From a virus, in the IMG/VR virus record IMGVR_UViG_3300047470_000395, positions 32,001 through 96,000 of that record: a DNA stretch of 64,000 nt; one strand, written 5' to 3'. This document shows, piece after piece, positions 36,201-44,458 of the stretch. The notes below the pieces were generated by a model. The model was not told where the DNA came from, did no database searches, and saw only the letters and a program-made list of their open reading frames with translations. Position numbers and translations under genes: made by a program. Numbering within the stretch: position 1 is the stretch's first letter; every line of letters begins with the position of its first letter.

Positions 36201-38934
36201 CACGGCCGGCACCGTGTCGTTCGACAACGCTGTATGCCGCCCGATCGTCCCCGGGGTGCAGATCGCCGACGGTGCGATCACCACGCCCAAGATGGTCGCC
36301 GGGTCCATCCAGGGCGACCGGATCGCGGTCAACACCCTGAACGCCGACCGCATCGTGTCCGGCTCGATCACCACGAGCCAGCTCAACGTCACCACCGCGG
36401 CGAGCGTGCTGCAGAAGTTCTACGACGTCGGCGCGGACGCAGCGAAGTGGCGCACCAGCGGCTCGAGCACGACCACCACGACCACGCCCACGAACCTGAC
36501 GTCGGTCCAGGTTGCCGACGCCCAGGCCGGCGGATCGGTCATGCGAGCGGTCGCCCAGGTCTCCGCGGCTTGGCGGCCGGACATGCTCATCCCGTTCGAC
36601 CCGAACGTCCTCTATCGCATCTCCGCCGTCGTCCGGCAGACCGTCGCGGGCAGTGACACCGCGCAGCAGCGGTTCTACATGGGCGTGGCCGGCGTGGCAG
36701 CGGACGGCACCACCCTGGTCAACACCACCGGCGCCGCCTCCGCAGCCACGCAGCACTACGTCGCCGCCAGCTCCCAGAACCTCACCGCGGGCGGCGGATG
36801 GCAGCGCTTCACCGGCTACATCAAGGGCTACGCGGCGACTGGCGCCAACGGCACACAGGGCACTGCCCCCTCGCCCACCACGCCGGGAGTGCTGCACGCG
36901 AACGCCCGCTACATCTCGCCCCTGTTCTACGTGAACTACAGCGGCGGAACCGGCACCGCCGAGATCAGCTCCATCACGGTCGAAGTCATCGAGACCGGCG
37001 CGGTGCAGACCGTCAACATCGCCGATGGCGCCATCACGGCGAACAAGATCCTGGCCAACACCATCACGGCGGACAAGATCGTCGGCCTGTCCATCACGGG
37101 CGACAAGATCGCGGCGAACGCCATCACGACGGACAAGCTAGCGGCGCTGTCTGTCACCGCGGCGCAGCTCGCCGCGAACTCGGTCACAGCCACGGCCATT
37201 CAGGCGGGATCCATCGACGCCACCCACATCAAGGCCGGAGCGATCACCGCCGACCGGCTGTCCCTGGGCACCGACGGCAACCTCATCGCCGACCCCAGCT
37301 TCGAGGGGGCGATGTCCGACGCTCGGGTCGTCGGGACCACCTACTGGTCGATCGTCACCCCCGGCAACAACACCGCGCGAGCCCTGCAGGTCAACGCCGC
37401 CAACGGCACGGTTATCACCCGCTCCATGACCCTGGCCACGGTGCCGGGGATGCCCGGTCAAAAGCTGTGGCTGTCCCTCGACTACTTCGCCTCGACCGAC
37501 TGGAACGGGCTCCGTATCAGCGTGTACGGGCAGTGGCTGGACGCCGTCGGCAACGTCCTCGACTACAGCACCATCACCACGGGCGACAACCTGGCAGTCA
37601 AGGGCGCGTGGACCACCATCAGCGGAGTGCCCGACACGGTGGCCCCTGCCGGTGCGACTCAGCTCCGCATTGCGTGCTCCACCGTCAACTCCAGCGTGGG
37701 CACGGTCCAGTACGACAACGCGTCCGCCCGGATCGTCCTCGCCTCCGGGTTCGCCGGGGCCCGCTCCGAGATCAGCCCCCGCGGTCTGCAGCTCTTCGAC
37801 GACAACGGCGACGAGGCCGTCTCCCTGCTGACCGGCCAACCCAACTACCTGACCCTCAGCTCCGACGGACTGCCCGTCGCGACGATCGACCAGAACGGTG
37901 GGGCCTACTTCCAGAGCCTGGCCGTCGCCGACACCCTGACCGTGGGCGGCTCCGACTGGACTACTTTCCTCAACCAGTCGCCCCGTGGGATCCAAGCAAT
38001 CAACTTCCAGACCAGCACTCGCACCGCGTCCGCCACAGAAATGGGGTTCGTGGAGCTGGTGGCCGACATCGACGCCACCCGGATGTACCGAATCGTGTTC
38101 GCGGCCCGCGCCAACCCCTCTGTGACTGGCGGCGAGCTGCAGCTACGCCTCCGCGACGGCGGCACCGCCGCGCCAACGATCACGAGCACCCAGCGGTACG
38201 TCTCCGTCCACCACATGGCCCTCGGCAACTCCTTCACCGCACGCATGGAGTACAACGTCGCGGGCAAGTCGCTCGGCGCCGGAACGCACCGATTCCTGCT
38301 GACCTTCACCAACGCGCTCGGCCCCAGCGGACAGACGTGCACTCTGTCCGGGGCGAGCGACAACCCCGGCTATCTGTATGTCGAGGACACCGGCCCGTAC
38401 GTCCCCGCGACCGGTGGCTACAACGACGGTGGCGGCACGGTCGCACAGCCGCCCACGAAGTACACCAAGACCTATAGCGCCACCTGGTCCGGCTCGTACG
38501 CGAACCGCGGCTCGTACAACAGCTATTACGGAAACTCGTGCTACCAGGGCTACTACTCGTCGACGAACGGCACGCAGGCCAGCCTCATCGGCTTTTCCTC
38601 GGCACTCGGGACCGACCTGTCAGGCGCGACGATCGTCAAAGCCGAGGTGTACCTGTACTTCGATCACTGGTACGCCAACGCCGGCGGAAAGGCCGTCATC
38701 AAGGCCCACAGCTTCACCTCCCGACCGTCGACGTTCTCGAGTGATCCCGAGTCACAGACGATCTCCTGGGCCCGCAACGAAGGCAAATGGGTCGACATCA
38801 CGGCCGTCTTCGACAGCACCAAGTGGCGCGGCATCGCGCTCGACCCGAACAGCACCTCGTCGACGTACTACGGCCGCGCCCGCGGCTATGGCCAGACCAA
38901 CCCCCCGCAGCTCCGCGTCACCTACACCAAGTGA
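33274..38934 (+). CDS. Long tail fibre / receptor-binding protein (1886 aa)
   Basis: N-terminal FN3-like region, blocks of 10-aa AVTAAKIAxx repeats, duplicated carbohydrate-binding-like domains (NxxxDPSFEG; IPxDPxVLYRISA). Confidence 0.85.
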   Translation: MSSFNLDEREKAKQFASYFKQLEDRLAALERSNQLNNASIEGGALDIYDEDGALKGSVGVQDDGTVALVPHPENTDPPPTPSAPTVDSALAGLDITWSGQWANSETAPNDFALVQVHVGTPADFTPNAATQVSQINDVTGGKTTVHIEGYDPVWVRLVAVNTAALAGDPSDAVQGQARQAVGQDLIDNIITDVKIANEAITEAKIALSAVTSDKIAAGSVNELLLADDAVTAAKLAAASVGTVALADGAVLAAKLADNAVTQAKVAANAVTELALANSAVTSAKVAVGAIDSTRIADAAVTAVKIGQNAVTAAKLADGAVGVLALADSAVTSAKVAVGAIDSTRIADAAVTAVKIGQNAVTAAKLADGAVGVLALADSAVTSAKVAVNAIDSTKITDAAVTAAKIGAAAVTTGKLAAQAVTLANLSGALADVASQRWVDTMGDPSTWTVAALSTGGAFDFLTGITDAQTGQTVGQATGFARLRGNTLIPYDPDVLYRISARVRMPQASTSDAVYVGVLGIGADGVTLVNRDGSNSVNSHYYPAASGKAVANSDGWVTVVGFMKGRAASGVSGSAGPNNDPRSAGLVNAGVRFISPYIWLNYNQQSSGSSKMQMDYVAIEALKTGVVDTINLSSGAVTAPAIATDAVIAGKIAADAITARELAANSVTAAELSAGSVTAAAIAAGTITAGQLAANSVTATQIAAGSVQTAALAADAVAAGKIAADAITARELAANSVTAAELSAGSVTAAAIAAGTITAGQLAANSVTATQIAAGAVQAGALAADAVAAGKVAADAITARELAAGSVTASEISAGSVTANAIAAGSVTTDKLTVVAGSNVLNDPSFEGAYAASVAAKFSSYVAQDLTFGNGSAASLKFTTDGTAAWRAAELALLTILPGDQLHIGVDYYASTNWVGAGGEINIQIRWESEGGTILSYSKTDSRTTAPTLGAWTRLQGTYTAPATAVRARIRIETGLVTAGTVSFDNAVCRPIVPGVQIADGAITTPKMVAGSIQGDRIAVNTLNADRIVSGSITTSQLNVTTAASVLQKFYDVGADAAKWRTSGSSTTTTTTPTNLTSVQVADAQAGGSVMRAVAQVSAAWRPDMLIPFDPNVLYRISAVVRQTVAGSDTAQQRFYMGVAGVAADGTTLVNTTGAASAATQHYVAASSQNLTAGGGWQRFTGYIKGYAATGANGTQGTAPSPTTPGVLHANARYISPLFYVNYSGGTGTAEISSITVEVIETGAVQTVNIADGAITANKILANTITADKIVGLSITGDKIAANAITTDKLAALSVTAAQLAANSVTATAIQAGSIDATHIKAGAITADRLSLGTDGNLIADPSFEGAMSDARVVGTTYWSIVTPGNNTARALQVNAANGTVITRSMTLATVPGMPGQKLWLSLDYFASTDWNGLRISVYGQWLDAVGNVLDYSTITTGDNLAVKGAWTTISGVPDTVAPAGATQLRIACSTVNSSVGTVQYDNASARIVLASGFAGARSEISPRGLQLFDDNGDEAVSLLTGQPNYLTLSSDGLPVATIDQNGGAYFQSLAVADTLTVGGSDWTTFLNQSPRGIQAINFQTSTRTASATEMGFVELVADIDATRMYRIVFAARANPSVTGGELQLRLRDGGTAAPTITSTQRYVSVHHMALGNSFTARMEYNVAGKSLGAGTHRFLLTFTNALGPSGQTCTLSGASDNPGYLYVEDTGPYVPATGGYNDGGGTVAQPPTKYTKTYSATWSGSYANRGSYNSYYGNSCYQGYYSSTNGTQASLIGFSSALGTDLSGATIVKAEVYLYFDHWYANAGGKAVIKAHSFTSRPSTFSSDPESQTISWARNEGKWVDITAVFDSTKWRGIALDPNSTSSTYYGRARGYGQTNPPQLRVTYTK
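34111..34410 (+). repeat. 150-bp tandem duplication in the fibre gene
   Basis: 34111-34260 and 34261-34410 are near-identical (about two substitutions by eye). Confidence 0.85.
35215..35634 (+). repeat. 210-bp tandem duplication in the fibre gene
   Basis: AAGATCGCGGCCGACGCCATCACC at 35221 and 35431; degenerate third copy at 35641. Confidence 0.8.
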
Positions 38935-38946
38935 GGAAGCCGACCT

Positions 38947-39330
38947 ATGCCCGCGCTACCGATGCCCCTGAACACGATGTGCGCTCTTGCCTGCGAGAAG
39001 TCTTTACTGCCACGCGTGCGCATGGCCATCGCGATCATCGCGCAGGAGGTTTTCGCCGAGTCCAAGGACACCCCCGGGTATCCGCTGCGCTGGAACTTGG
39101 CGAAGACGGTCCTGAGCCCGACCGAGGCACAAGCCGCGTCGATGATGGTCGGCCTGGTCGTCTACCCGGACTTGCTCGCCGCGGCCGCGGCCGCCGGAAC
39201 GACTGATCCCGTGGCCATGGCCGCAGCGATTACCGACGAGCAGCTCCTGGCCGCGATCCGCGCGGGATGGAACGCGGTCTCCGGCGTCAGCCAGGCCTCG
39301 ATCGCCGAGACCGTGCAGGCGACGACGTAA
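38947..39330 (+). CDS. Hypothetical tail-associated protein containing a TTA codon
   Basis: GAGGAAG RBS; in-frame TTA at 39004-39006. Confidence 0.7.
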   Translation: MPALPMPLNTMCALACEKSLLPRVRMAIAIIAQEVFAESKDTPGYPLRWNLAKTVLSPTEAQAASMMVGLVVYPDLLAAAAAAGTTDPVAMAAAITDEQLLAAIRAGWNAVSGVSQASIAETVQATT

Positions 39331-39351
39331 AGCCTTCCGGTGTTGCAGCGT
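39321..39351 (+). promoter_or_regulatory. Putative late promoter (variant)
   Basis: GACGACGTAAAGCC...CAGCGT at the same spacing. Confidence 0.4.
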
Positions 39352-39433
39352 TCGGGCTGCGGGGAGCCGCGGACCTTTCGGGGTCCCGGCTCCCGCGCAC
39401 CCCAATCTGACGACCGATACCGAGGAGGCGCTC

Positions 39434-39841
39434 ATGGAGTGGCTCACCTCTCTGGCGCCTGTCCTCGCCCCCCTGTCCGGCATGGTTGGCGTGCTGGGCG
39501 GGGCCTGGATGGTGTACCGCCAGACGAGACACAAGACCGACACGGACGCCCGCACCGCGGAAGCCAACACGGCAGTCACCGCTGTGACGACCGTGACGGA
39601 GGGCTTCACCAAACTGCTGGAGCAGCAGCGCGAGACCAACGCGAAGACCCTCGAGCGACTCACCACGGTCGAGGCCCGCGTCGAGCGCCTCGAGGAGGAA
39701 CAACGGCAGTGGCGACGGTGGAAGGCCGCCGCGGTGGAGTACATCCACCAGCTCCGCGCCCTGGTCGGCCGGCTCCGCGAGAGTCCCGCTCCGGCCCCGC
39801 CGCGCGAGCTCGCCGAGGACCTGGGCGACAACGCGACGTAA
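39434..39841 (+). CDS. Membrane-anchored coiled-coil protein (holin-associated)
   Basis: N-terminal TM helix then coiled coil; GAGGAGG RBS. Confidence 0.7.
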   Translation: MEWLTSLAPVLAPLSGMVGVLGGAWMVYRQTRHKTDTDARTAEANTAVTAVTTVTEGFTKLLEQQRETNAKTLERLTTVEARVERLEEEQRQWRRWKAAAVEYIHQLRALVGRLRESPAPAPPRELAEDLGDNAT

Positions 39842-39862
39842 GCCGTCGGCCGCGCGCACAGT
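39832..39862 (+). promoter_or_regulatory. Putative late promoter for the holin
   Basis: CGCGACGTAAGCC...CACAGT. Confidence 0.6.
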
Positions 39863-39883
39863 CCGCCCGTCACGCATCCACGC

Positions 39884-40222
39884 ATGAAGGGCAATCCCTT
39901 GTCTCCAGTACTCGAAGCACTCGCGAATGGCGGCCAGGTGGGCGCGGTACTGCCGCTGCTCACCGCGGTCGTACAGCGCCCCGCCTGGTCCGCTCGGTAC
40001 AAGCAGGTCGTCGCGGTCGTGGCCGCGCTCGTCGCCGGCGTCGCGGCCGTAGCGGCAGACGGCGGCTGGGATCAGTTCCAGCACGGCAAGCTCACCCTGG
40101 CCACCTTCCTCGGCGTCCTGGCGGCCGCCCAGACGTCCTATGACCTGATCTGGAAGCCCAGCAAGATCGCCCCCGTGATCGAGGCTCTGACGACGCGGAA
40201 GGGGGCGCAGCAGGCCGAATAG
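39884..40222 (+). CDS. Putative holin
   Basis: 112 aa, 2-3 TM segments, LPLLTAVVQRPAWS...YDLIWKP pattern; end of the tail module. Confidence 0.7.
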   Translation: MKGNPLSPVLEALANGGQVGAVLPLLTAVVQRPAWSARYKQVVAVVAALVAGVAAVAADGGWDQFQHGKLTLATFLGVLAAAQTSYDLIWKPSKIAPVIEALTTRKGAQQAE

Positions 40223-40558
40223 GGACCATGGGGCCCGCCGGCCCTCCACCTGGCGGGTACCATCTGCAACGAGGTGGCCGTACTGCCGCCGCGAATACGC
40301 GTCTGAGACTCCGGTCAGGTCTATGGGCTGTGACACGCGTTGCTCGTAAGAGCAGGGTGTTCCTCTCGCCCGTGGTCGACCTGGCCATCATGGGGCCGAC
40401 CAACCGGGTGCGCGCAGAGCGCTCGGGGCCGGGGAGTGGTTGCTCCTACGAAGATCCGGCACACGCTATTCGCGACCGTACGGTCACCTCACCTGTTTCA
40501 GCAGGACCACCAGGGCCCGAGAGCACGGGCCCCACCCGAAGCGGAGGAACACACGCCC

Positions 40559-41380
40559 ATGAGCAACGCGCAGAACGTCGCCGCCGAGATCGGATACCTG
40601 TCCCGGATGGGCGACGACGCGTTCATGGACACCGCCGTTGCCTACGTCATGGGGGACACCGACCCGCGCGTCCCCCGGGCCATCCAGGGCGCGGCACTCG
40701 GATCGCCTCAGCTCGCACCCCGCACTCTCGACGCCCTCGAGACGGCCCTGCGCCGCGCACGGCAGTACAACCCTCTCCAGGAGGGCGAGACCAAGCGGCA
40801 GCAGCAGGCCCGCATCGCGCCGTGGCGGGCGAGGATCCAGGCCGCGACAGGCCCGCTCCAGGACGTCGTCGACGACCTGGCCCACGAGCACGCGAAGCAG
40901 TTGGCCGCTCTCGACGACGACTCGTTTACCGACCGGTTCACCGACTTCATCCTCGGCGAGCCCGCCCCCGCGCCGACTTCCCAGCGGATCGAGGCGCTCG
41001 GCTTCCGATCACACAGAGTGGCTAAGCGGGCGGCGGAAATCTGCCGCCTGATGAACGAGGACCCGGGCCAGTTCCTGCCCGAGCCCGCGCCGGACGAGAG
41101 CCGCACCGCGCGGCAGAAGCGGGTCGAGGAGTTCCGCCGGCGCGTGGAGGCCGAGGCCGCGTTCCTGCGGTACGGCGCCCAGTACGCGGAGGCGCGCCAG
41201 GGCCGGATGCCTAGCGAACCGAACCACCGGCTGCAGGCGCTCAAGCTCCTCGGCAAGGCCCACCCCCAGGAGCTGCTCGAGCTCCTCCGCCAGGTCCGCG
41301 GCGAGGCCCGCGCCACCAAGCAGGACGCGCGCCGCGATGCCAGGGACAGCCGGCGCGCGGCCCAGTCCGGCGCGCGCTGA
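40559..41380 (+). CDS. Hypothetical helical protein
   Basis: GGAGGA RBS before ATG 40559, good codon bias; internal duplication (MGDDAFMD / LDDDSFTD). Confidence 0.7.
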   Translation: MSNAQNVAAEIGYLSRMGDDAFMDTAVAYVMGDTDPRVPRAIQGAALGSPQLAPRTLDALETALRRARQYNPLQEGETKRQQQARIAPWRARIQAATGPLQDVVDDLAHEHAKQLAALDDDSFTDRFTDFILGEPAPAPTSQRIEALGFRSHRVAKRAAEICRLMNEDPGQFLPEPAPDESRTARQKRVEEFRRRVEAEAAFLRYGAQYAEARQGRMPSEPNHRLQALKLLGKAHPQELLELLRQVRGEARATKQDARRDARDSRRAAQSGAR

Positions 41381-42110
41381 GGCGCGCTCCCGGCCGACCG
41401 CTCCACTTTCAGGGCGCGCCCGATGGCGCGCCCTTCTCCATGTCCGGGCGCGCTTGGGAACCGCGCCGCGCGCGGGAACGGCGCGGTCCTCGGCGCGCGC
41501 CCGGCCGGTCGGCGCGCGGCGCGCCACCTTCCGCGCCGATAGGCGCGCGTCCTCGAGCAGCCCAGCGGCGCGCCTGATCGCGCGCCGTTCCAGAGCCCGC
41601 GCGGAGCTCTCCCGGGGCCGCGCTCGAGGGGCGCGCCACGGCCAGGCGCGCGGCGCGCCATCGGAAATGTGCAGGTCAGAGTGGCGCGCCCTGGCGCGCC
41701 TGCTGTGGCGCGCGTGCGCGCGGTGTCCATGGCGCGGGCGCGCGGCGCGGCCGGATCGGGCGCGCGCGCGATCGGAGGGTGGGCGCGCGGCGCGGCGCGG
41801 GCCTGGCGCGCGCGCACTGGATCGGCGCGCTTGGGCGCGCGCCTGATGGCGCGCCTGGATCGGCGCGCGGCGCGGTCGGGATAGCGCGCGCTCTTTCCCA
41901 GGGCGCGCCTGGGCGCGGGTGGATCGGCGCGCTTGGGGAACGGCGCGGGCGCGCCCACCGGCCGCGCCTGGAGGGAGGCGCGCCATTCCTGGGCGCGCGC
42001 TTCGGGGAGGCGCGGCGCGGCGCGCGGGCGCGCCTCGAGGTGATGTGACGTGACGAGAGAGGGGGAGCAGCGCGCACCGTAGAAGCGCGCCCGAGGGGGC
42101 CGGGCGCGCG
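41381..42110. repeat. GCGCGC-rich low-complexity intergenic tract
   Basis: Dozens of GCGCGC/GGCGCGCC units; repeated GGATCGGCGCGC and GGCGCGCTTGGG; between convergent genes. Confidence 0.75.
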
Positions 42111-42125
42111 TCACGTCACGTCACT

Positions 42126-43847
42126 TCACTGCCCGACGGGCGCGCCCTCGAAGTACGGCGCGAACCGCTTAGCGAGCTTCGGGTCGACCGGCGGAGCCTT
42201 CCGGTAGTAGGCGGCGAGCTCCGTCTCTCCTGCCGCCTCGAGGTACTCGACGAGTGCCGGGCGGTGGCCCAGCACGTAGTTCCGCAGCTCGGGCAGCTCC
42301 GGGTCTCCGAGCTCGGAGACCGGCCCCAGGTGCTCACCCTTAGTCAGCATCAAGAGCCGGGCCTGAACCTCCGCCTCCTCGTACAGGGCCTTGAATGCGA
42401 GCTCCTCGCCCCTGTTTCTCCGGGAGGCCGGGCGCGCGGCGGGGGCGGCCTGGGGCTCCTCGGCCTGGCTGGTCTCCTCCGGGGACTCGCCGGTCGGGGG
42501 CTCCTCGTCCTCCGGGTCCGGCGGCGGGGGCGCGGAGTCGTACTCGGCCGGCGGCTCCGGCTCCTCGTGGGCCTGGTGCTCGCGGGCCTCCTCCGGCTGG
42601 GGGTCCTGCGGGGCCGGGCCCGTGCTCGGTGCCTGCTGGGTCGGCTGGCTCCCCTGCCCGGCGGCGGCCGCCTCCGCCTCCTTCTTCTTGGCCCGCTCCT
42701 TGACTGCGGTCAGGGCGCGGGTGATCAGGGCGTCGGCGTTCATCTCCCCCCACAGCTTCGTGCGGGTGGGAATCCGCTCGAGGGTCCGCTTGCCCCACGT
42801 CTCGCGGATGTCGACCAGGCACGCCTCCGGGTCGGTCTGGTCGTTGAGCGCCTTGTGTACGAGGCTGACGACCTCCTGCCCGGTGAGCTCGGGCGACTGG
42901 GGCGCCTGCTGCTGGGGCTGGGCTCCCTGCTGCTGGGGCTGGTTCTGGCGCTGCTGCTGGTTCTGGCGCTGCTGATTCCCGCGCTGCTGCTCCTGGCGCT
43001 GCTCCTGTGCCTGCTCGGCGAGGTACGCCTCCGGCCGGGCCTCGGTGACCTGCCGGGCCGGGGCAGCGTCTTCGAAGCCCATGCGGCGGAGCAGAGCGTC
43101 GATGCTGAAATTCTCGAACCGCTCGCTCTGGCCGGGCGTGACCTCCCAGTGCAGGGTGCGGACGCCAGTCAGGTACGCCTCCCCGAGGGCGTGGAGTTCG
43201 ACGATGGCGTCGACGGCGCCCGGCAGGTTCTTCTCCGTCTTGATCTTCCGGGTCTTGTCCCGGGTCGGCTTGTCGTTCTCGAAGGCGGTGACGACTTCCT
43301 GGCGGGCGAGTAGGAGGGTCGGGCCGGAGTGCCTGCGGAGGTGCCACAGGATCTCGCCCCACCGGTCCTTCGCCCGGTTCCACAGGTCGTGTCCGACGGT
43401 GACGGGGAGGTCGAGGTTCGGGCTGCGGCGGTGGTTGTCCTTCGCGTTCTTCTCTGCACGCCACCGGGCATACAGGGCCTGTTCGTCGCTGAGCATGTCC
43501 CACAGGACCGTCACGTTGTCGAGCACGATCATGTTCCGCTTGCCTTCGACTGCGGGCGGCTGCGCGACGGCCCAGCGGACGGCGTCGAGGATGTCCTGGT
43601 AGGTGCCATCGTGGGTCACGATCTCGTAGTTGGCCCCGGGGATCCGGCCGTAGTAGTCGGCCGTGCCCTCGGAGCCGCCGATCTCGATCCAGAAGGTCAT
43701 CCCGACCAACTCGGACGCGGTGCCCTCAGCCGCAAGGCGGCTCTTGCCGGTCTTCTCCGGGCCCGCGAGGAGAATCATCGGCGGGTTGGGGAGGCAAGTC
43801 GGCTTCCGGGACGTGCGTGCGCGCTGAGGCGTAGTGATACCAGGCAT
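42126..43847 (-). CDS. AAA_24/Sak4-like P-loop ATPase with Gln/Pro-rich linker (recombination)
   Basis: Walker A AGPEKTGKS, Walker B IVLDN. Confidence 0.75.
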   Translation of the reverse strand: MPGITTPQRARTSRKPTCLPNPPMILLAGPEKTGKSRLAAEGTASELVGMTFWIEIGGSEGTADYYGRIPGANYEIVTHDGTYQDILDAVRWAVAQPPAVEGKRNMIVLDNVTVLWDMLSDEQALYARWRAEKNAKDNHRRSPNLDLPVTVGHDLWNRAKDRWGEILWHLRRHSGPTLLLARQEVVTAFENDKPTRDKTRKIKTEKNLPGAVDAIVELHALGEAYLTGVRTLHWEVTPGQSERFENFSIDALLRRMGFEDAAPARQVTEARPEAYLAEQAQEQRQEQQRGNQQRQNQQQRQNQPQQQGAQPQQQAPQSPELTGQEVVSLVHKALNDQTDPEACLVDIRETWGKRTLERIPTRTKLWGEMNADALITRALTAVKERAKKKEAEAAAAGQGSQPTQQAPSTGPAPQDPQPEEAREHQAHEEPEPPAEYDSAPPPPDPEDEEPPTGESPEETSQAEEPQAAPAARPASRRNRGEELAFKALYEEAEVQARLLMLTKGEHLGPVSELGDPELPELRNYVLGHRPALVEYLEAAGETELAAYYRKAPPVDPKLAKRFAPYFEGAPVGQ

Positions 43848-43966
43848 CTGGGTGTTCCTCGCTTCGTGGTTCCCCGGGTTGCTCTCCCGCGGAGGATGCA
43901 ACGGCAGAGGCGTTAACCTCTCGCCGTTGCCATCGGCTTACTATTCTACCCGCCTGGTCGGGTAGA

Positions 43967-44380
43967 TCAATGCCGGTTCTGCAGATCCGCGACGGGAGTT
44001 GCAAGTTCTGGGTCCTGGTCTTCGCGGTGCCGCGCATACCAGGCGTCGAGGTCCTCGAGCCCGTCGGCCGCGGCTGCCTTCTGCTCCTCGGGCATGGCCT
44101 TCCACTCGGCGACTGCGTCCTCGTACTCGCCGCGGACCGTGTCCGGGTCCCGGCGGTTGAGGGCCTCCGTGATCTCCGGCCATGAGGCGCCGCCCAGGGC
44201 CTCGGCGAGGACGGCGCGGTCGACGATCTCATTGGCCAACTGCCGGAGCCGGCGGGCCTGCATGATGCGCTCGGCCGGGCTGGTGGTCTCGGCAGTGGTC
44301 GCGACTGCCTGCCGGGCGAGGTCGGACAGGTCGCGGGCTGCGCGGGCTGTGGTGATCCGGGCCAGGATCTCCGGTTCCAT
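43967..44380 (-). CDS. Hypothetical helical protein, possible HTH
   Basis: AVLAEALGGASWPEITEAL resembles the 'G-x-SW-x-x-I-x-x-AL' small DNA-binding pattern. Confidence 0.6.
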   Translation of the reverse strand: MEPEILARITTARAARDLSDLARQAVATTAETTSPAERIMQARRLRQLANEIVDRAVLAEALGGASWPEITEALNRRDPDTVRGEYEDAVAEWKAMPEEQKAAAADGLEDLDAWYARHREDQDPELATPVADLQNRH

Positions 44381-44458
44381 GGAAGGGTCCGATCATGCAG
44401 GCGGCGGGCACCCCAGGTCGGGGGCCCGCCGCTTCGGTACGGGTAGAGGCAGGATGCC

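Noticed and set aside
40471-40501. CGCGACCGTACGG upstream of the 40559 gene as a late promoter
   Set aside because: No matching CANNNT at the conserved spacing
40708-42114. Arg/Ala-rich ORFs across the GCGCGC tract
   Set aside because: Low complexity in every frame, no RBS or codon bias, and they overlap a real gene; treated as non-coding
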